A stretch of DNA of 61,330 nt, filler included, from Dugesia japonica (Eukaryota): assembly GCA_001938525.1 (NCBI GenBank). It is 4 parts of 4 records of this genome, joined end to end, with 100 filler letters (N's around TTAATTAATTAA, not from the genome) between each part and the next. Parts side by side here need not be neighbours in the genome. Positions count along the whole stretch, not along the records: positions 48,755 to 61,330 come from MQRL01622714.1; 3 more parts are not named here. One strand, given 5' to 3'. The notes under the pieces were generated by a model. The model made no database searches. It was given only the letters and a program-made list of their open reading frames with translations, and was not told where the DNA came from. Shown in pieces: positions 52,770 to 61,330 of the stretch (position 1 is its first letter; the number at the start of each line of letters is the position of its first letter). The position numbers and the translations under genes are program-made.

Positions 52770-54185
52770 ATACAACTCAGATGCAACTCAGATGAAACTC
52801 AGATTTAACACACATACACTGAAAATCACGCGAATGAGAATTTTTAATAAATTTTCCCACCACAAAATTTTTAAAAACTCAGCATAGCCGTCATTTTGAT
52901 TTTTAAAACTTGACAGCCAATTATTTTCAATTTTTATTGATTTTCATTGATTTTTTAATAAATTCAATAGGTATGCAACTCATAGGCAACTCAGATGCAA
53001 CACACATACAATTAAATTCACATGCCTATGAATTTTAGACTGCCCTATGCCTTGAAATATATATGGGCTCCTCATGTTAAATATATTGTCTCTTCATGCC
53101 AAATATGAAGACTTTCCATACCATAGTATAAATACCATACCATGTAAAAGATCAAGACTGCTCGATATCTTGTAATTATATCTTAAAAAATATAGACTCC
53201 TCTCATCTCATGCTAAATATCAAGACTGCCTCATCTCATACATAAATATAAAGTCTTCTCATAAGAAATTAAATTAAATTAAATAAAATTTCATTTAAAA
53301 TTTCTCCCCCGAAAAAATATTTTTTAAATTTCTCACCAAAAAATATTGTTTTTGAATTTCCCGAGAAAAAAATTTTTTTGAATTTCTCGCGTAAAAAATT
53401 AGTTTTTAAATTTTCAGCCAAAAAAGTTTTCAAAAATATCCAAACTCCCCTCTTCCTACATCAAAAAATACTAACAACAACCCTTCATACTCAAAATTAC
53501 CCAAAGATACTCAAAAATACATCAAATATTCAAAAATACCATTACTTTCTAATAATTCATCAATTTAAGCAAAATTCATCATTTTTACTCAAAATACGGT
53601 TTCAAAAGATTATGATGTCATAACCACCCGGCAGAAAATTTTAACGAAATCTTAAAAAATCTGATAATTAATTCTCTTTCCACCCATATCACTCTCCCTT
53701 CCCGAAAAATGTTTCCACTCACTTATACTACCTACAAATATCAAACAATCAACTTAAAGCTCTTAAAATAAAATATCAAAGCACATTCTACATGCAAAAT
53801 ATTTTCCCTCATATTATCTTTCAAACAACCTATCCACCATTCAAATCAAATGACCCTATATAAACCTACACCCTCCCAAGAAACACGCCACGATAACACA
53901 TACATCTGAGGCAGTGCGCTACTACCACCAGCAAAAACCATACATCCAGTCTCATAAGTCCTTTAGACAATGAATAGACCAAATTTTTGTCCAACCACAA
54001 CCAAATCTTAAAAACTTCAAAAAATTTATTTCCAAGATCTCTAGATCTTCTTTGAGTCTAAATTCATAAAAAAACTAATCCAATCAAAAAAACTTTGATC
54101 GCAAAAATCTTAAAGAAAGCTGCAACAAATACTGCCACAATTTTAATTAAGTAGTTTCAGAGCCCCCGGGGGAGGGGGGGTTCGC
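52770..54185 (+). repeat. Interspersed repeat copy (GCAACTCAGAT subrepeats), inverted partner of 57128-58030
   Basis: At least four colinear blocks are reverse complements of blocks in 57128-58030. Confidence 0.75.
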
Positions 54186-55330
54186 GATAACTGCCTAAAA
54201 ACTATGTCAGTGTGCTACTATCCCTCTACTGAAAACTCCCAACATTATTGTTACTTTTAAATTTAATATCAGCGAGCTAAATAAATTAAAAGAATCCCAA
54301 TTCTATATCAAAGGACGTATATCCCAAGACATCTAAAGTAGGGGAAAATCTTAGAAGTTCAACAACTTAATAAAATGCAAAGGATTTAAGCTTCGTTAAA
54401 TTTTTGGGAGTACACGAATAAGGTTCAATAAAATCACATAAAGTTCAGCAGCAGCAATTACCGTTGCTTTTGCAAATACGAGTTAAATAATTTCAGTAAT
54501 AATATATTTTTAATATTTAACAGTTTAATCAACTTTTCACTAAGCATTTTGTTTGTATTTTTTTAAAATTATTTCAACAGTTTTTTATATATAAAAAATT
54601 CAGAAATCTAAATTTGACATGTTTTAAATATTATTCATGCTTAACTACCGTAGTTACCTAGTGGTGGTATATTCAAAATAAATGTACACATTTTGTTTAA
54701 TAATAGCAAAAAAAGAGTATAATTCAAAAAAAATGATAAGCGAATTCTACCTATTTTATTTTTATTCTGCTTTGGTTGGTTATTTTATTATATATGATTG
54801 TGTGCCGATACATTGGTTGGGCCGCAAAAATGTTGATTGAGAGCCGCGAGTTTTACACATCTGCTGTAAATACTATCAAATCAAGAAAGATGATTAAAAA
54901 TAAAGATAAATAGAATATTTGATTTTACTTTATTTGTATAATATATTTTGTTGACAAAACTGGAGACTAAAATATACTGTTAATAATTTAATAAGTTTTT
55001 TAACCCTTTCTATTTTAAAAATGTGTGTGTTTGGTGTGTATTATATTTTCTAATCTTTTTCTATAATATACTGTTAAAAGTCTTATAAGTTTTTTATCTT
55101 ATACATAGTAAAAATGTATGTCTTTATGTGTGTGTTTGATTTGTATTATTTTTCTTTCCTTTTTCTATAATATAATCACTTATTAAACTTTAAGTAAGAT
55201 TTTATGCATTTAAATCTATTTTACTTATATTATATGCAGCCAATCAGAATACAATAAATTATTATAAGGTTAGTATTTTTCACTTATTAAACTTAAAACA
55301 GTATAAACAAAACGTCAATAAAGCTTTAAT

Positions 55331-56476
55331 TTATAAACTTTCATCACTGCTCACCAATGAAAATTTATGCAGATTCAAGTAAATTCCAAAAATTATTGGA
55401 ATAACAAATGAATTACAATAACCAAACCGAACTGTCCAGTTTGTATAATTTAACAAGATAATCTTTGATATGTCCTCTACCAATCTACCAGCTATAAATG
55501 GTGCCCAAAATAATAAATATGAAAGTATTATACATCCAGTAACAGACGCGTTTTCGATTTCCTTTTTATTCATTTCTTTTGTAAACACAGATTCTGAAAT
55601 TCTTTTTACTAACACAGGAGCTGAATTAGTAGGATTCAAAGAACTTTCATTATTGCTGTTTATATTTTTATTTATATTTGATGAATTTGACGAATATGCA
55701 TCTGTTTCTACAATTTCATCTTGTATACTATTTTCTTCGATAGAAAGCAGGCTAGATCGTTTTGAAAAACTAAATAGTTTATTCCATTTGACTTTCCCTA
55801 TACTTACAAAATCATTATTTGATATTGAGTTGCTTTCTTTTTTAGAGCTTACTATTTTCGCTGAATAAATAGCAAAAGGATTATCAACACGTTGTATGCG
55901 GATAGGAGACATTTTAATATAACAAAATATAGATAAACCAAAGGGTATTACAAATATTATCAACAACAATAATCCCGATATCATGACTGAAGGATTCAAT
56001 ACGCAAACATTCGATCTGAATTCAGCATAATAATAAGTGTTATTAATCGTCAGAAATATTGAAGAAATTATCCAAATAATCATCATGCCTAATAAGGAAA
56101 TTCTGTAGATTTTATTAGAAAAAACATTTATAAGGTTATGATTTACGATACTTAATTGATAGAAACAGAAAAGAGCTCCGGCAAAAGTTGTCGACTGAAT
56201 TCCAACCCAAATTACTGTCAGCACACTGTTGCATTGAATTGGGATCACTTTGCCGTTTTTTTCTGAAAATATTTCTTGAAAAACATTAACTGGTAATACG
56301 ATTAGGCCGTTTGGAAGCTGTAGAAACGACAACATACAGAAAGATCTACTATTTTCATTTCGTTTGATTTGAGCTCGTAACATAACAGTCCCAATGAAAA
56401 CCACATTCATTAATAAAATTGTCCACATTAAGATTAAGTCTACCAATAGTTTGAATGTGATGTTAAATTTGTGCAT
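55331..56476 (-). CDS. Intronless divergent rhodopsin-class (class A) GPCR, 381 aa
   Basis: Seven hydrophobic segments, Cys before TM3 and in ECL2, FVIPF in TM5, long ICL3, SYLLFWAPF in TM6, GYCNSFVIPIIF in TM7. Confidence 0.88.
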   Translation of the reverse strand: MHKFNITFKLLVDLILMWTILLMNVVFIGTVMLRAQIKRNENSRSFCMLSFLQLPNGLIVLPVNVFQEIFSEKNGKVIPIQCNSVLTVIWVGIQSTTFAGALFCFYQLSIVNHNLINVFSNKIYRISLLGMMIIWIISSIFLTINNTYYYAEFRSNVCVLNPSVMISGLLLLIIFVIPFGLSIFCYIKMSPIRIQRVDNPFAIYSAKIVSSKKESNSISNNDFVSIGKVKWNKLFSFSKRSSLLSIEENSIQDEIVETDAYSSNSSNINKNINSNNESSLNPTNSAPVLVKRISESVFTKEMNKKEIENASVTGCIILSYLLFWAPFIAGRLVEDISKIILLNYTNWTVRFGYCNSFVIPIIFGIYLNLHKFSLVSSDESL

Positions 56477-56877
56477 TATTTTTACATATTAATTAATAAT
56501 ATNNNNNNNNNNNNNNNNNNNNNNNNNNNNNNNNNNNNNNNNNNNNNNNNNNNNNNNNNNNNNNNNNNNNNATTGAGACAATAGTTAGTTGTCTATGATA
56601 GATTTATGAACAATAATATTTTTTATGTATATTATCCTTACCAATCTTAAATAAAATTATGAAATTTATTCAATTTGTATTTAATTATAATATAATAAAA
56701 AGGAAAATTTTAGAATTCATTGAAATGAATGAGTGTGATAATAAAATATTGATTACCCGACCGATTGGTGAATACAGACAGTTTAGGAAATTCTAAATAA
56801 CATTGTTTGAATAATACGAATTAACGCTATCATTTTTATTTAATATAAAATTCTAATCACTTAGTTGTTATTGAAAT

Positions 56878-57125
56878 ATGATAGAGAACAAGGATATGGT
56901 AACTGGCAACCATATCCGAACTGTAAATGCGATGACAAGCAAACAGCGTCAAGGAAAAGCAATTTTAGATGCGTTACCAAAAAAGTACGAGTTAATACAT
57001 TTTAACTTCAGAAAATATGATAGTAAAGGTGCAGAAGAAGCTTCGAAATGGTTTAGGAATATCGAGGAGTGGACTATAGTAGTGGGATAGTGGCACACTG
57101 GAACAATTGCGCACTAGCACAATTT
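56878..57125 (+). mobile_element. Retrotransposon gag N-terminal fragment
   Basis: FRKYDSKGAEEASKWFRNIEEW...W...A..QFEG pattern with a stop. Confidence 0.4.
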
Positions 57126-57127
57126 GA

Positions 57128-58030
57128 AGGGGACTCCCCTCCACCGGGGGGAGCTCGGAAACGCATTACGATTGTTCAACTATTTTTGTGCTACTATTTT
57201 TTGGTTAGTTTATTTTTCTAAGATTTTCGGGATCAAAAAATTTGATCGGATCACATTTTTTTGATCCTGGTGGTGTTTGTATTTTTTTAAAAAATTTGTC
57301 TGTTTGGGTTGTTAAAGGGGTTTATAAAAAGTAAGCCATGTTGAGTTTGTGTGTGTGGTTGTGTGTGTCTGTGTGAAATAGTGCATTTGGACTCGAGTGT
57401 GAGCTGGAGATCTTGGAAATAATTTTTTTGTATTTTTTAAGATTTGTTTGTTGTTTGACAAAAATTGGTCTATATATTGTCTAAAGAACTTATGGGATTG
57501 GATGGGGGGTTTTTCCTAGAAGGGTAGAGCTCACTGGAACAGTTGTATGAGTTATCGTGAGGTGTTTTTTGAGGGGCTGTAGGTTTGAAAGAGATTGGAT
57601 AGTTTTGATTGAAGCATTATTGATTATTTTTCTTAATACTTTACTTTAGATGGATCAGTCTTGATATCATTGCAGGATATTAGGTAGGCTTGATATTTTT
57701 AAGAGATTGAGGTATTATTGATTTTTTTAAAAATATTTTTGCTTTAAATGAGACAGTCTTGATATTTTGCAAGTGATGGGGTAGTCTAAAATTCATAGTC
57801 ACGTGATTTTTTGTGTATGTGTGTTGCATCTGAGTTCTATCTGAGTTGCATACTTAATGCATTTATTGAAATAATCAATAAAACGTCTCAGCCATGGGAT
57901 TTTCGGTGTATGTGTGTTGCATCTGAGTTGCATTTAATAATAAAAAATTCATTATCACGTGATGTTCAGTGTATGTGTATTGCATCTGAGTTGCATCTGA
58001 GTTGCATACATATTACAATCATTAATAAAA
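57128..58030 (-). repeat. Interspersed repeat copy, inverted relative to 52770-54185
   Basis: ATCTGAGTTGC subrepeats and shared blocks such as GAGATCTTGGAAATAA. Confidence 0.75.
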
Positions 58031-58565
58031 CAATAAACTATTCACATAAAGAAATATTTATTACAACAATAACAACAACAACTGTTTTTCTTTTCTTCCT
58101 CTAGATGGATTTCTATTGGTTCCTGGATTTCCATTGGATCCTAATTTGTTTTTATCCCCTCTACAACCAATAAAATTATACATACATACATAACAAGTAT
58201 ATAAATAAAGATTCTTTTAAATATTTCATTATTTTCAAAATGGTAGATATTCGCAATTCATCCCACAAGCAATATAAAATGCTCAAACAGATAGATATAT
58301 GCAACAAAGATAATGAAGATAGTCTACCCAATCAAGGATATAAAGTGTTGTCAATCGTCAATCAAGCCTATACACTGGACTATATGGAAAATTTGAATAG
58401 TTGTATAGTTAATAAAGCAGACAGAATAAAAGGAGAATACAATTTGGAACCCTTTATGAATCCAATGACAGAAATATCCAACGAAATTTTGTTGTATCGA
58501 TATAAGTTGGAGTAGAACCTACAAAAAGATCTTCGTGCATTGATAGAAATTCAATTTCTTGATAG

Positions 58566-60332
58566 TGTTGGAGTTTTATCTAAGTGAGTAGACAAAATCT
58601 AGAGAAGTTGACTAAATAAAACCCCTCGAAGAATTTAATCTGGTGTCCCCAAAAATTCCAGATCTTCGGGATGAAGCCATTGACTCGTAGCACGAGTACA
58701 GACTCGCACCCCTTTGGTTCGGGTTCGCTTCACATGATACTCGCCTGATTTAAATCCTACTTATTCATCATTAATTTATTAGATTTTCATTTAACACCTG
58801 TTTCAATGGATTTTGATTTTATCAGTCAGTTGAGTCTTAATTAATTAAAAATTTTCGTTTTNAGAATTAAACATATTTAGCTGGGTTCAGTTAATTACTG
58901 CGTTTAACACTCCATACTCTAAGATTTAAAATTATCAAGAACCCAAGATTGAAACAAGTGGAAAAATATATTCAATTATCAAATCACCACTTGTTATACA
59001 TTAATTTAACTAATAGGACAAATAATNNNNNNNNNNNNNNNNNNNNNNNNNNNNNNNNNNNNNNNNNNNNNNNNNNCATTTAACACCTGTTTCAATGGAT
59101 TTTGATTTTATCAGTCAGTTGAGTCTTAATTAATTAAAAATTTTCGTTTTTAGAATTAAACATATTTAGCTGGGTTCAGTTAATTACTGCGTTTAACACT
59201 CCATACTCTAAGATTTAAAATTATCAAGAACCCAAGATTGNAACAAGTGGAAAAATATATTCAATTATCAAATCACCACTTGTTATACATTAATTTAACT
59301 AATAGGACAAATAATAAAATTAACGTGGTCTGGATCCCGATCCACGAGGTTTGAAGTAATCATTTTCTTGATAGCTATTACTGATTAAATGGATCCACCA
59401 TGATTTTCCATTTTCGGTTTAAGTCGGAAATCGTTGAATAAATGATTGAATAACAAAATAGTTACTTTAAATAATCTCTGTTCAATTACCGTATTTTACT
59501 TGAAAAAGATAGAATGATTGCATGAAAATTACATTGGTATTTATACCGGTTTTTCTTCACACCCCCATTCCTTTCATTGATTATTTGGAATCGTACGACT
59601 TTCTTGACGTTTCTTTTGGCTTGCACGTCATGTGAGCTCTTTTTATTGGATGATATTTTTGGACTTCGAATCTATTGGTCAATCTTCAAACCCTGTATCT
59701 TTTTTTGAGACTCTTATCGATGTTTTAACTTAGATTTTGAAAATCTCCGATTTTTTCTTGACCAGAATCGTTTTAATTGCTACTTTTCTCACCATGGGAA
59801 GTCGTTTTTTTGCCATTTTTCATGAAATAATTATTTTTCTTTAAAAAATAATTTATTTTAAATTGTTCGAATTATTTTATTTAAATAAATNNNNNATTTA
59901 TTTTATTTTCTTGGTGCATCTTAATTAAGTGTTCATTTCTTTGTTCTTTGATTTGGTTTTAATTTAATTTCACTGTTTTCTTCATTTTCTTCATTTAATT
60001 AATATTTTGTTCTTCCAGTATTTATTCCATTTTCTTGATTTTGCCCAACGAAATAATGATTATTCATTATCTTTCTTTGTCCTGCTACAACTTCTATGAC
60101 TTCTTTTCTTCTTTGATCTGTTCTTTTCTGAGTGGTTTCTTGTTGTAAACTTTGGGTTTTGTTGATTATTTAACTACCAATCTCGGTTTTCTTTTCAAAT
60201 TCTTTCCTTCTTTCACTGAACTATGTTTTTCTTGGGTCTGAATGCTTTGCTTTCTTTTCTGACGACAAATTTTTTACTTCGAGTCTACTTGTCACCATTT
60301 TTATTTTTAGTACGCGATGTTTCACCCCAATA
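58566..60332. mobile_element. Second, shorter insertion related to 8711-13236, in opposite orientation, 4-bp TSD ATAG
   Basis: ATAG|TGTTGGAGT...ACCCCAATA|ATAG; both ends resemble the ends of the 4.5-kb element. Confidence 0.75.
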
Positions 60333-61330
60333 ATAGTTTGGTGGTAATATTATTAATAATGTTGATACAGTTATTATTATTTAATTAGGTATTGAGAAAA
60401 GAAGAAAGCATTAAAAAACTTCAATTTGATCTAAAGGTTCTTGAAAACATGTCATTTCTAATTAAAAACTTGGTAAGGTTTTTTGAACTTGATCCACCAA
60501 CAGCAGCTATAGAGATTTATAAGGAATAAAAAGTGAACATTACCAATAAATTGAACATGGACATNNNNNNTCAGAGTCCGGAGATAATTAATATAAACAG
60601 AACAAATGTTAAAATGCAAGCTCTATCCATTGCATTTGGTAAACAAAGACAATGTTGTGTTGATAGGAAGAAAAATAGCAGTAATATATTTTTTTATTTA
60701 TGTAAAATTATTAGTTATTAGTTTAGATCCAGTATGCAATGTCAAACAATCACATAAACATCTTGTTTCTTGGTTGTAAAATACTTTATTTGTTAAGTGT
60801 TGTAAATATTTTGTATACTTTTATGTGTTGTTGTTTTTAATTTTATATAATAAATCTTATTTAATCAAAGTCTTTTTTTATTTTAAACATATAATTTTAA
60901 TTAAATCTTATAATTAAATAAAAAATCTTTTTTAAATTACCTTCTTGAATTGTTGGTAATATTTTTAATTTGGATACGAAATAATTTCTTTCAATATTTT
61001 CCATCATTTCTTCTATAACAAGGTCCAAATTCATGGTTATTAATGGACATTTAAATTAATTTTGTTTATATTTAACATGCATGTAACATGCACAATGCAT
61101 GCTTGCGTCTTGCACAATGTATGTTTGCATTAAAAAAACTTAATAAATAATAAAAAATAAAAACAAACAAATGATTATAACAACTTTTATTAAAATAAAT
61201 ACAGTAATGTACAATTTTGGTTCTAAAGAGGAACTGTTATGCGTTCACAAATGTTTTTTTGAAAATGTTTTCTTTTTTAATCTAAGTAAAAAACAATTAA
61301 AATAACATTTAGAAACCAAATAAATAACTA

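Overview
Very AT-rich eukaryotic (invertebrate) genomic DNA. The composition, (AAT)n microsatellites and short introns suggest a planarian-type genome; this is inference only. Bases ~57-17768 hold a nearly complete but pseudogenised Polinton/Maverick (adintovirus-like endogenous virus), about 13 kb without its insert. It has inverted terminal repeat arrays and a ZnF-vOTU-EndoVII-pPolB gene on +. On - it carries a TM protein, fibre-like protein, adenain protease, penton, a conserved ORF, an adenovirus pX-like protein, packaging ATPase, a PLA2-integrase fusion, major capsid protein, an HTH protein and a duplicated-domain ORF. The ATPase is split by a 4526-bp TGT...ACA insertion with a 4-bp target-site duplication (TSD). 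This insert encodes no recognisable transposase or RT but appears to carry a spliced unit: one leader exon and three alternative, phase-matched 3' coding exons. A shorter relative with its own 4-bp TSD lies at 58566-60332. The rest is host DNA: a divergent KH-domain gene, C-type-lectin exons, the 5' half of a RalGPS-type RasGEF, an intronless orphan GPCR between inverted repeat copies, decayed mariner/hAT/MULE/Gypsy elements and MITEs. N-gaps with TTAATTAATTAA linkers and gap-flanking duplications mean long-range adjacency is not guaranteed.
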